Positions 47,595 to 60,051 of a stretch of DNA of 64,000 nt are shown piece after piece (the stretch's first letter is position 1; every line of letters starts with the position of its first letter). Both the position numbers and the translations under genes were made by a program. The notes under the pieces were generated by a model. It saw only the letters and a program-made list of their open reading frames with translations, was not told where the DNA came from and made no database searches. This DNA comes from Hormiphora californensis (taxonomy: Eukaryota > Animalia > Ctenophora): NCBI GenBank assembly GCA_020137815.1, contig CM035360.1, forward strand, positions 2,666,001 through 2,730,000, written 5' to 3'.

Positions 47595-49670
47595 TTAGAC
47601 TAGCCTTAGGTTAAGGTACCGTTTCTTTGGCTTATCTGGAGGTCCAGCAAAAATATCTACAAGATTTTCCCTGTTTAGTTTGTGAGCTATATCGTTCTCT
47701 ATCTCTAAAACACAGAGAGATGATAGCCGCTCATCACTCATCCTATTCCTTAGGCGGGTTTTAATGCGTTTCAACGCTGAGAATGTCCGTTCGCAGCCTA
47801 CTGACGTGACCGGGAGGGTGATTACCAGTTGGCCAAGCTTGTAAAGATCAGGAAGCTCCTCGTACAAGGTTCTGGACCACATTTCTTTCACCAACTTCGC
47901 CGGATCTGGACTCAGCTGTGAGGTACGGTAGTACGTGAGGTCTTGTTCAAGCTGTTTGATGTTAAACATTTCCCCATACGGCGAGTCTCTCAAAAGTCTC
48001 ACCATGTTTTTTACGTCACAGGTTTTATCGAAGATGTTGACGAAGGTGAAGTTAGATAAATCTTCAAACCTCCACCCTATCTCCGTAACCACTGACCAGA
48101 TGAGTCCCCCGTGTATCTCCCTCCAATGATCCTCACCCGTTTTCCTGTGACCCAGAGTGCTCTCAACAACAAAGGCATCAAGTGTGCCGGGCACAGTAGC
48201 TCTTTTCTCTCTCTCAGTTGACCCGCCAGTCCTTCTGAACAGATCGTCGAAGTTTTCTGCCACCTTCTCCAATCTCTCTAACTCCCTTTCTACGGACTGG
48301 ATGGCTGAAGCCATATTGAGCTTTACCGATTGAAGTTCCATAAACAATATCGTGGTGGATTGTAGGATATCATGTAACAGGTTGCTCATGAAGATAAACT
48401 CAAACTCCTCCATTTGCCTCAAGAAACCTGTGGCCTGGGACTTGCTTGAATCATCAAAGTCCCCCCTAACAATGGTATGGAAGGTCTCTTTCAGTTTGTC
48501 CCTGTTCAGTATCACATGCGATACAGCTCTCGAACGGTAAGACCAACGTGTTTCGCTGCTGGTGGGGGGATGGCTGCATTTTAACACATCTGATCTAAGT
48601 GGTGAGGAGTGAAAGTAGCTTGCCATGGACTTCAGAGTAGCCAGGAACCTAGTGCACTCGATGGAATTACCAATTGAATCTCCGAGGGCAAGATTTAGGC
48701 GATGTGCCATACAGTGAGTGTAGCTGGCCATTGGAACATCCTTTCTAATCAGAGCTTGGAGTCCAGCGTGAATTCCAGACATAAGGGAGGCTCCATCGTA
48801 TGACTGCCCTACACACTTGTCCATCCCATAGAGTGTTATAATGGCCATCACAATTTTAGCCAGTTCTGCAGCTCCTCTACAGCCTGTCACATTCTTGAAG
48901 CCGACACAGGACTCTACTGCCTCCCCCTCCCATATATACCTCAAAACAACAGACATGTGTTGTTTCCTCCCCACATCTGTCGCCTCGTCTGCCGTTATGG
49001 TGAAGAATGGGGATTGCTTCACCCGCTCTTTGATAACCTCCAAAACCGCATCTGCCGAGATTTTGATGAGCTCGTTTTGAATGTCATGAGATGTTCCCTT
49101 AAATCTCTTCTTAATCTGGTCTTGGACTGGCCTCCATTTTTCCAATAACTCTAATGTGGCCCGGTAACCCCCTTTGTTGTCCGATGTGGACGACTCATCG
49201 TTTCCCCTGAAAGCGAAACCTAAAGCCCCCAGGTGGATGACCGTGTCGAATAATCTCTCAACAAATCCCCGGTTAATGACGGTTTGCTTATTCTGCTCCT
49301 CACGAGATTTAGAATAGGAGGCAATGTTCCCCTTGTTTTTGGGATCAGTGTGATAGAGAAACATTTTAAGATCGACGGCATTTTTAACATGTTCCCGACT
49401 CAGACGATGTTTCTCCAGGCCCTGTTTGAGATAAGAGAAGTTGTTGAATCCAGTAGTAGTCCAAGGTTCAATTTCAGCATCTGCAACAAGGCACGGAAAG
49501 CAGTACAGCTTTTCGTCTTCGCAAGTTAACCATGTTGCCAAGTCCAACACATTATCTGAAAAATCTGCGACGCAGGGACCAGGGGACAGAGCCCCCGCAA
49601 GCAGGGTCCAGGCAATTTTGGCAATTTGAGACAGTTTAGACCCTAAAACACAATGATCAAACTGTTTCAT
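47595..49670 (-). CDS. hAT-superfamily transposase (ZMYM1-like: TTF-type zinc finger, DUF4371 region, hATC dimerisation domain); uninterrupted ORF, true start unresolved
   Basis: LYCFPC..WTTTGF..H..S.EH, FRGNDES, ADEATD, GQSYDGA, HCMAHRLNL, TRW, LPVTSVGCERTFSALKRIKTRLRNRM. Candidate terminus CAGGAGCGGC at 46867. Confidence 0.9.
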   Translation of the reverse strand: MKQFDHCVLGSKLSQIAKIAWTLLAGALSPGPCVADFSDNVLDLATWLTCEDEKLYCFPCLVADAEIEPWTTTGFNNFSYLKQGLEKHRLSREHVKNAVDLKMFLYHTDPKNKGNIASYSKSREEQNKQTVINRGFVERLFDTVIHLGALGFAFRGNDESSTSDNKGGYRATLELLEKWRPVQDQIKKRFKGTSHDIQNELIKISADAVLEVIKERVKQSPFFTITADEATDVGRKQHMSVVLRYIWEGEAVESCVGFKNVTGCRGAAELAKIVMAIITLYGMDKCVGQSYDGASLMSGIHAGLQALIRKDVPMASYTHCMAHRLNLALGDSIGNSIECTRFLATLKSMASYFHSSPLRSDVLKCSHPPTSSETRWSYRSRAVSHVILNRDKLKETFHTIVRGDFDDSSKSQATGFLRQMEEFEFIFMSNLLHDILQSTTILFMELQSVKLNMASAIQSVERELERLEKVAENFDDLFRRTGGSTEREKRATVPGTLDAFVVESTLGHRKTGEDHWREIHGGLIWSVVTEIGWRFEDLSNFTFVNIFDKTCDVKNMVRLLRDSPYGEMFNIKQLEQDLTYYRTSQLSPDPAKLVKEMWSRTLYEELPDLYKLGQLVITLPVTSVGCERTFSALKRIKTRLRNRMSDERLSSLCVLEIENDIAHKLNRENLVDIFAGPPDKPKKRYLNLRLV

Positions 49671-49924
49671 TCAAGTAATAGAGTATTTTCTGTGTTTAAC
49701 AACCGGAAATCAACTTTTCAAAAGCTACCACGAAGCATTTTTGCAACTTTTTTGAGGTTGAAAATTTTGGCACCTAAAAAAATTTTTAAGGCCATTCGCA
49801 TTTATGGAACAAACCGCGCGGCGGGAATGTGCAGCGCAAAAATACTTACGCTGCATTACAAGCGCGCGTCACCCCAACCAAATTTCGAAACATTTCCAAA
49901 AAAGTTTGAACCCGTTTTTTTTGG

Positions 49925-50200
49925 TCAGCGTTAAAATCTGGGTGTTCCGTGAGTGCTGACAAACGGTTTTTTAGGGTTAGGGCAAAAGTAGGGTTAGTGT
50001 TAGGGCTGAGGTTTGGGTCGGGGTTAGGCCTTGCCATTTCCTACCACATAAACTTTGATTTAGCCAAAACGGTTGAGTGGTTTGGGCCAAACATTTTCAC
50101 TAAAATGGCTCTAACCGCCAAACCGTTTGGCGGTTAGAGCCATTTTAGTGAATCAACTTTTTTGGCAGTGCGCACCTGTAACAGGCCACGAAACACCCAG
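49925..50200 (-). repeat. Copy of the (CCCTAA)n-containing module seen at 3705-4940
   Basis: Direct sequence match to 4700-4925, with a small internal hairpin duplication at 50098-50150. Confidence 0.8.
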
Positions 50201-50354
50201 CGACAGGACGCGCAAAATTGCGAGAGAACAGTGCTGAGTGCAGGGGGAGAGAAAAGGTATTAGAGGGACCTCATAGTTCGCACCCAGTAATTTTTCCCTA
50301 GATTTAACTCATAGACTGATTGGTAATCTGACTAAATCAATACATTTGAAAGCC

Positions 50355-53300
50355 ATGGGAAAGAGTAAGGCGTCAAAGGAGCCCCCTAAAACAAAGGAGG
50401 AGGATATCACGGAAGAGCAAGAGGAAGAAGTACCTCCAGAGGCTGAGGTGCCAGTTGAAGAGACGCCATGTGAGAGTGTAACACCCGCCATAATGGAACC
50501 TCCCATTGAGCTTCATCTCACCAGTATCATAATCGATAGGTGGGTTACATTTATCAGTCTGCGACAATATACCACGAAAACGCCATGAAAACATACCATG
50601 TTGTTCTTTTGTATTCAATGCTATTGCTCTAATTTTAATTATTTTGTCAGCTATGAGGAAGGTTTAGATGATCCTCTCTTCACTGGAAGTAGACAAGTAA
50701 GATACCAGGGAGGACACACCTATACCGGGGACTTTGTGGAAGGAAGGATGCACGGGGAGGGTGAATATGAGTGGGCCTTTGGGCTCAAGTATAAGGTAGG
50801 AAATTTGTAGTAATTGTTGCTTGTGCTCAAGTATAAGGTAGATATTGTGTAGTTGTTGCTTGTGTTCCCCAATCCATTTGTTAACCTTGTAAAACCTTGA
50901 TGTGCGTCAAAAAACTTTGTTGAAATATATCAAGGGTAGTAATTGAAATTCTGTGCAGGGAGATTTTAAAGATAATCAGATAACTGGAAGGGGAACCTAC
51001 GTCTGGACGGATGGTTCTGTGTACAAAGGAGATGTGGAAGATGGATTGAGGCATGGCAAGGGGACCTTCTTCTGTGCTTCTAAGCCATGTCTGTACTCAG
51101 GGGACTGGATTTATGGCAAACGAACGGGATATGTGAGTATGGAAAACATACATTTTAGTATTTTTTAACTTCAAAAAGAAAATGAACATGTACAAAAGAA
51201 AATATCACACCTTTATATATCGTAGGGTCACTTAGGTACACTTAATCAGCATGTGACATGGTTTAGTTTAGGTCCAGATGTACCAGAATATAATCTTCTT
51301 TTCCACGTGCAGCTTTCTCACTAATCTCTTCCCAGAGCAAGATGTCTAATTTGGCCACTAAATTTTCCACCTCCAGGGCAAGATGAGCTATGACAAAGAG
51401 GAGTTTTCATACTACGTTGGTGAATGGGTGGATAATGAGAAGTGTGGTAAGGGATTCCGACAGTATCCCAGTGGGAGTACCTATGATGGGCAGTGGAAGA
51501 GTGACGTGAGACATGGACATGGGACCATGGAGTGGGCAGGGACAGGGGAGTCTTACACCGGCGAGTGGGACATGGGGATTCAGGTATATTTTACTACCTT
51601 TGCAAATAATGTTAAGATTTTCGAAAACTATAAAGAAAGGAATACCGCATGTAAATATATTTCTTTGACGACATGATATCATAAATTATGGGATTTATAG
51701 CATTATGTAATACAAGGACATATGTATCAAATATCTCCTTTTTTATTTTCACATTATTTGTCCGCACCGACCCCTTTCAATAGGCCAGTCATATGATGTC
51801 GGATGTAGATCAAAATTCACCATAAAAGTTGTAAATCTAATTCCACTTCTAGGGCACTCTAATAGGTCCCTAGAATCACCAAAAAAATCCTTCGCGATTT
51901 TCGCGGTGAAGAACTTAGGTTTTTGGGCCACGCCCTTTTACCTATATTTTTAGCCTGCTTTGTAAAACGTAACATGGCTTAGGAACGGAGTAGAGACAAA
52001 ACTGAGGGCACTAAAGTGATCAGCGTCCTCGCATTAGTGGGGGTAGACACCGGAATTAAGTCTCTATCTCATCTGGTTAATTAGATAATTAGATAATTAG
52101 CTTTGCGCATAACCGTTTTTGGGCTATATAGCTATAGCCACTTAGGAATGGTTTAGAGACTTTTCACGGGTGCCATTTTGTAGGCAATGGCCAAGTTATG
52201 GGGGGTCGACGTCGGACTTTTAAGCTCTATTTCCAACCGTTTAGCCGTTATTTGGCTCTAAAGGTGCTCAAAATCTGGCTTTTTACCGTTTTTTGCCCAT
52301 TTTGGGCACCTTTAAAGCCAAATAACGGCTAAACGGTTGGAAATAGAGCTTAAAAGTCCGACGTTGACCCCCCATAAATTGGCCATTGCCTACAAAATGG
52401 CACCAGTGAAAAGTCTCTTAACCATTCCTAAGTGGCTATAGCCATATAGCCCAAAAACGGTTATGCGCAAAGCTAATTATCTAATTATCTAATTAACCAG
52501 ATGAGATAGAGACTTAATTGCGGTACCTACCCCCACTAATTCGAGGACGCTGATCACTTTGGTGCCCTCGGTTTCATCTCTACTTGTTTCCTATGATGGT
52601 TTTTACCATATAGCCACAAAACGGTTATGTGTGCATCTAATTATCCAATTATCTAATTAACCTGAAAAGATAGAGACTTAATTTCGGTCTCTACCCCCAC
52701 TAATACGAGGACGCTGATCACTTTAATGCCCTCAGTTTTGTCTCTACTCCGTTCCTAAGCCATGTTACGTCTTACAAAACAGGCTAAAAACATAGGTAGA
52801 AGGGCGTGGCCCAAAAACCTAAGTTCTTCACCGCGAAATTCGCGAAGGATTTTTTTGGTCATTGTAGGGACCTATTAGAGTACCCTAGAAGTGGAATTAG
52901 ATTTACAACTTTTATGGTGAGAAAAAAACGTCATATGACTGGCCTACAAATTATTCTAGAACAATAATATTCATGTCTCCACATGTACATAACTCCGTAA
53001 TATCTCCCTATATTTGATATCCCGGCCTCTCTGATACCCCTCTTATATCTCTATTATTATCTAATATCCCGGCCCCTCTGATACCCCTCTTATACCCCTC
53101 TTATTATCCCGGCCCTCTGATATCTCTATTGTATCAGATATAAGATTCTTGTTATATCCCTCTAATACCTCTCTGTATACATATATATACCATCTGATAT
53201 CATTTCAGCATGGGGAGGGAACCCAGACCTGGTACATCAACACCAACTCCCAGCTACCTCAAAAGAACGAGTACATGGGCCAGTGGGTCAAGGGAAAGAG

Positions 53301-56300
53301 GGAGGGGTACGGTTCCTTCAGTTATGCGAGTGGAGCTCGGTACGAGGGAGAATGGATCGAAAATCAGAAACACGGCTATGGAAAGTTTATCTTTAAGGAC
53401 GGGTCCATCTTTTCAGGTAAACAAGAAACATGAAAGATTTACATAAAATACACACACACACACTTACACATGTATTATACAGAACACACATGTCCAGAAC
53501 ACACATTTCCAGAACACAAGAGTCTCAATATCATTTTGCACTACTTGACACTGGGTGTAGTGGTGTTCCCAGTCCATTGTTAGTTGAACTCCCCTGCATG
53601 ACTCTCAATACACTCCTCTCACCGTTAGAACTGGGTACTCTCACACTCAACTTCCCAACTCCGAGCCTGCTAGTCACACTACTAGCACGACTCCACCGGT
53701 GGTCGCCACGTGTGCTGACTCTGCTGAATCTACTAATCATAGACTTCCTAAATGTTGCCATTCGCGAGATGTAAATAAAGGGGTTTAGAGTTGCGTTCAC
53801 CGCCACGCATATCACATAGCACACACTCCACGAGTAATACTGCAGAAAAGTGTCCTCTCGCACAGTGAAATTGTCATAAATGTACATGACCCAGATAATG
53901 AAAATGGGTAGGTTCAGAATAATGTATGTTAGGGTGATCAGGATTATTGTTATTGTAGCCTCCAGCTTCATGTTCCGAACCTGCTTCGAAAGGGAAGAGA
54001 TCCGGAGGGAGGAGAGGACGCAGTATGTAGATATAACGCAGCTGATAATCACTGGGATTATGGGAAACGCAAGAAGTGCAGCACCATTCCCAATCTCTGC
54101 ATTACTGTACCATCCCGCGCTGGTGTTCTCCCAGCAGTAAGTATCCGAAGCTGTGTAGACAAAAGTGCCATACCCACAGGCTATAGGTACTGTAGACCAC
54201 AGGATTAGGTAGAGACAGTAGAAAAGCACAAAACCCATTACTTTCCTATACTTCAATTGGTATAGCGGGTAAAGTAGTGATATCGTTCGGGTTATACTGA
54301 GGACCGCTACCAGGAAGACAGACATAAAGGGAATGATTGCCCAGAGGATGCCCCAAGTGTGACAAAAGATGGTGTTCCCAAATAGCATGGGTTTCCTGTC
54401 GTTAAAGTAGCTGACGGAGCTGGAGAATGCTGTACTACATGAGAAGATATCCACGACTGTTATCATAATGTAGATTGTCGTTGGGAGATCCTTGCGGCGA
54501 TTCTTGAAAAACCAAAGCGCTATAAAGTTACCTGAAATGTGTATGGTATTCAAATACCCCCTACCGGACAAGTAAAAACATACAAATGTCGAAGGTTATA
54601 GGTTTCTCACAATCACTGGGTAAGCCAGCTGTGCTTATTCCCCCAAAATGAGATAGATGTACTATCTTTTTTTTTCTTGTTTACTTAGTAGTTAGTACAC
54701 AAAAACACTAGCTGATTTCACTCACCTACGACTCCAAAAGTTGAACAAAACACACAGACGATCCCAAGGAAATGATCAAAATGAATCCAGTAGGGCACTG
54801 TACTGTCCAGAGAGCTGTTCTGGTACACATCAGTCATAACTATCTGATTGTGTATGAAATGTTACTGATAATTGTCATGTTCTAACCTGGTGCTCGGTGA
54901 AACAGGGTCAAGCAAGGTAAACTGATGAAGGGTACTGAAAATGGGTCACTAAAACAGCTGACTGATACATTTTACTAGTGTAATTCCTGACAAATTCCTT
55001 GAAAACAAAATCACGTACAATGTCATAAAAGCTGCGTGGTTTTCGTTGGATTCATTGAAGATTAATTTTCACACGTCACGCTATATTTCTGTCGATCAAA
55101 TCCAATCAAATATATTGGTATGTTATAGGCCTTTATAGATTGAAATGAGAAAAAAAACAGGGATAGCACTATAAGAGGGCCTTGAGGGCGTGGGGAGATC
55201 TATTATATCGTAACGCTTCACACGATTAATTAACTGGACTAAATCAGAAAACGGTTTCGTACAAGTCTAATTAAGGCCAGAGGGGGGGGGGTCCGAGGGT
55301 CAAAAAATGTACTTTTCTGAGGTTCACATATATGATGTAACTTGGTGGTAGGAAACTTTTGGGTAGGTTAGCTGCGCACCAAGTGTATCAGGAAGCCTTG
55401 TTTTTTGAGGTTAACTTTTGACCAAAAATGTAAGTTAACCTCAAAAATCTTGTATTTATGTCGCCTTCACAGATAAAAATGGTACCAATCGATAGATCTG
55501 ATCAAGGAGACCAAATGTTTAAAGTTTCAGAGGTCTAAGCCATATAGTTGTTCGGATATTTGAGGTTAACTTATCGCCCAAAAAACAACCTTTTTGGTCT
55601 TTTTTCACACCTTACTTTTCAAATCGCCACTACATTCATCTCATAGACGGCTAAGAGTTGGGCCTTGAAATTTGGCAGGCATGATCCTTAGATAATAAAC
55701 TGTGTTTTGAGTGTAACGATTTTTGATTGAGGCTTCCGTTCCCAAGATATTGAGGTTAACATATTTCACATCTGATATTTTTTAGACGTTAACCTCAATA
55801 TCTTGGGAACGGAAGCCTCAATCAAAAATCGTTACACTCAAAACACAGTTTATTATCTAAGGATCATGCCTGCCAAATTTCAAGGCCCAACTCTTAGCCG
55901 TCTATGAGATGAATGTAGTGGCGATTCGTAAAAATGTTCCAAGTTATTCACCAAAAAGGTACTTTTGGTGAAATATGTTAACCTCAAAATTTAAAGAACT
56001 ACCAGGAATATCGCCATAAAATCGCTCCCACATACTCTCCTTAGTGATACCTTACTTTTAGAACCGTTTTCATTGTCTCAATACACGAACTCTAAGAATT
56101 AGAGAGGTTAACATTGATTTTGGGCCAAAAGTTAACCTCAATTTTCTCCCTAACAGTGTACACAAAATCGATTCCGAGTATGTCATCTGGTCCGGCTCTT
56201 CGAGCCGGACCAGATACCGGAAGTGACTTTTTATACCCCCGGACCCCCCCCTCTGGCCTTAACACGTTCACTGCGACACGTGAATCCGTAGAAATCATCT

Positions 56301-58143
56301 CTCTAAATCGCTGATATATATGATGTAACTATCACAGATTCATCAAATTTTAACTGCTAATGAACAGATATATTCTCATCGTATATAGTCGGACCCCGAT
56401 ATACCGGGCATCCTGATTTACCGGGCAAAACCCTTTCCCCCGAGCATCCCGGTAAATCAGGGTCTGCCTGTATCTCACTAGGTCACCATGACAACATAAC
56501 CCCTTCTTTCAGGTAACTTTGCGAATGACAGCATTGTGGGAAGACCAGGTTCACCAGACATGGGCAAGGCCATGAGAAGTGCCATTGTCACAGGCCGGAT
56601 ATCATCTCCAGTACAAAATGTAGCAAAGGTAATAGTTTACTGAGTTTTTCCTAGCTATATAGATGGGATACACAAAGGCATATAGGCACATTGTTATTAC
56701 AGAATGATTTCACATAATTTCGTATCGTGACATATATCACAAATCCATTAGATGTATGAGCACACTATGTTGTTTCGCTGAATAGTATAAAACATAGTTC
56801 AATAAGCTACATGAGGTGGGATAAATCTACGGAATCTATGGAATGGTCGGTCTGCTCAAAAGATAGAGTTGTGAATATATATGTCCTATCAGGTTTCAAA
56901 GCCAAATAACGAGATCTATCATTTGTATATTATTTCAAGAGGTATGCCGATGCAGGCTAAAGGGTAGATGTAGCTAGTAATTTGGGAGCCATAGAGCGTT
57001 CTGTATGCAGGAGTAGTAACAAAGCTGCACTTCAAAGGAACTCAAAGCCGCTCCGTGCTAGTATAGCGATATATAAACGGACTATAATAGTGTACCATCG
57101 ACTAGAGTCCCAGCTTCTCAACTGCATTCTAGCCACAATATCATGTGGTAGAGATGAATTTAAACGAGACAATATAACGAGACAATAATAATTGTTTTCA
57201 TACCGAGCAAAAGTAAATCTATTTAAAAGATGTTGTCCAAGAAAAAAGTTTTTTGTGCATCTTAAAAACGTTTAAAAAAGAGGGGTAGGTGTCTTATGTT
57301 TTTATGCAGAGTCTAAAAATAAAACTAGACCCAAGTGAGCTCTAGTCTGCTTTAATGGAGAGCTTGGCAAAAAGAGGAGGAGTCTAGAGAGATCGGAAAA
57401 TCGATCCAAGTCCGACCTTTCAAATGTTACGAAAGAACAATTATATATCACGAGTCACAGGGAAAATTGAAAATGGGAGACGATTCATTCTAATTCTTCT
57501 CTTTGAAGATGTGCCGCTGCGAATAGTTTATTAAACCGATTCCCTGTCATAATTCGTCATCTCTAATTTTTTATCCATCATGATTGGTGATGAGATCCCC
57601 TAGTGTAGGGGTGGCCGCGTCACCAACCATCATGACAACTCGCTAATTACTAATTCTGGAAAAGGTGCGAAAATAAAGACAGAGTTTAGCAAAATGACAA
57701 CTCTGGCCTCTGAGTGCAATAGGAATTAGAAAGAATATAATGTGACTTATATATTCACTGAATATGTTAGCAAAATAATATAGTTGTGATTCACGGCAAA
57801 GCTAACCTGTTGTTAGCAGAAAAATAGAGAGCAACGGAGTCTACATATAATTGTAATTATAGGCTCTATAAACACCTACATGTACATAAGAGTCCAGTAG
57901 CCGACTATCATGACGTATCAACGGACCTACTCCTAGATCCCAGTTCTGTAACATTATATTCCCCTCACTATCTCTATACCTTTATCTACCACTATCTCCG
58001 ACTATCTCTATCTCTATAGTCAATATCTATATCTCAGGATATTATTATTCGAGAAGAGAGAGAGCCCCGTCCGATTCATACGACCTCTCCTGTGTGGTGC
58101 ATGTGTATAACTATACTGCCTGTCTTCCGTGCTGAGAGACAGT

Positions 58144-58194
<51 letters not shown>

Positions 58195-59993
58195 TGTGTG
58201 AGATAGAGGAGGGTCGGGGTGCGGTAGAACTATCGCGTGAGAGAATGAGTTGGATAAAAGAAAGAGACACGTCTTGTGGAAAAACCGAATATTGCTTTGT
58301 ACTAAAAGCAAAACAAATGAACAGTGAACACGTCTAGATCTGAGTAATTATGATTAAAGATGTGCAAGACGTCAGACGACAACATGTATAGAGCGCCATA
58401 ACTACTCGTTCCCTAAACAACAACTGCAACACTGCACTGCCAATATATATATGTAAATGTGTGTAGAAAGTGAGAGCTCTTGAGGACTTGAAAAAGAGAA
58501 AAAAAAAAGAGTAGATGGCAGAAAGAGAGAGGGGATATGGAAGGGGATGAGATACCGATATAGAGGGGGATGGGATTGCGAAAGTAATGAAATGGTGCGT
58601 ATCAAGGACGCCTACAATATCTTTTATTCTTTTCTACCTCTTTTTCATGCAACTCTGAATCGTTTTACCAATTATTCCTTCTGTACCACAACTCACATTA
58701 TCATCACAGCCATAAGACCATGACAATTTACCAGATGACACAATCACAAACTCATATTCCATAGCTCTATCTGTTCGAAATTGTGGCATCTTTAAACCGG
58801 ATGGATAATATCTCCCTCATGCGTGGTCTCAAACCTGATAATATCTCCCACTACACATGGCCCTCCTGGTTGAGATATATAGCGTCCCCCAGCCCTCCTT
58901 TATCAATCTGGGTCTCATTGATCAATGTGCCATATCTCTCTCTTAACGCTTCACTGCATGATATATATTTATACCGACCGTAGGATATATGCCGAGGGAG
59001 AGATATGGAAATAAACAAAGATATGATATTATAGACGGTGCACCAGAATAATCGGAAACAAAATAAAGATGTGAATATTAGACTATCATCACATGGTCAG
59101 GCTTGCCTTGTTCAACCCCGCCATGATTCCAAAATAGACTAAACAATAAAAACTTGCGTTGCATTAAAAGGAATAGCTTTAATACTTTACTCAACAAATG
59201 ACAAATCTAGTCAAAAGAATGAGAGTTGAGAAAATAGGTCTGAGAAAGATAAATCGAGAGAACGTACGATAAAAAAGTTAGATTTGCTTAGTGAGAAGCT
59301 GTAGAACCTTACCAGTTGAAGTGCAATCAAATTCGTCTCAGCTTTGACCTGTCTACTCACGAGACTCAAGAGAGAGAGAGAGAGAGCGGAGAAGAGAGGA
59401 GCGAGGAGCGGCAGAGAGCGAGAGAGAGCGAGAGGAGAAGAGAGAGAGAGGAGAGACGAGGAGAACGGCGAGAAGAGCGAGAGAGGAGAGAGAGAGCGAG
59501 AGGAGAGAACAGAGCGAGAGAAAGAAGAGAGACGGATCGAGAGAGAGAGAGAGAGAGAGGAGAAGAGAGAGAGAGCCGAGAAGAGCGCGATGGGGAAGAG
59601 AGAGCGGAGCGCGAAAGAGAGAGTCGAGGAGCAGGAGGGTGAGACACATGGACGAGAGGAGAGAGCGCCGCACGCGAGCGCGAGAGGATCGCGAGAGAAG
59701 CGAGAACGAGAGAGCGACGAGACGAGAGGTCAGGGGAAAAGGAGAGCGAGAAGAGAGGAGAAGAAAGCGAGAGAGAGAGAGAGTGAGAAGAGAGAGAGGC
59801 GAGAGAGGAGGCGAGCAGAGAGAGAGAAGAGAGAGAGAGCGAGGGGAGAGAGAGAGACGCGAGGAGACGCAGAGAGCGACGAGAGAGGAGGGAGAGAAGA
59901 AGGAGAGAGAGAGAGAGAGGGGAAATAGCGATATGATGAGCGAGAGAGAGAGAGAGCGAGAGATCTCCACTCTCTTCTCTCTGATTCTCCTCT

Positions 59994-60051
<58 letters not shown>

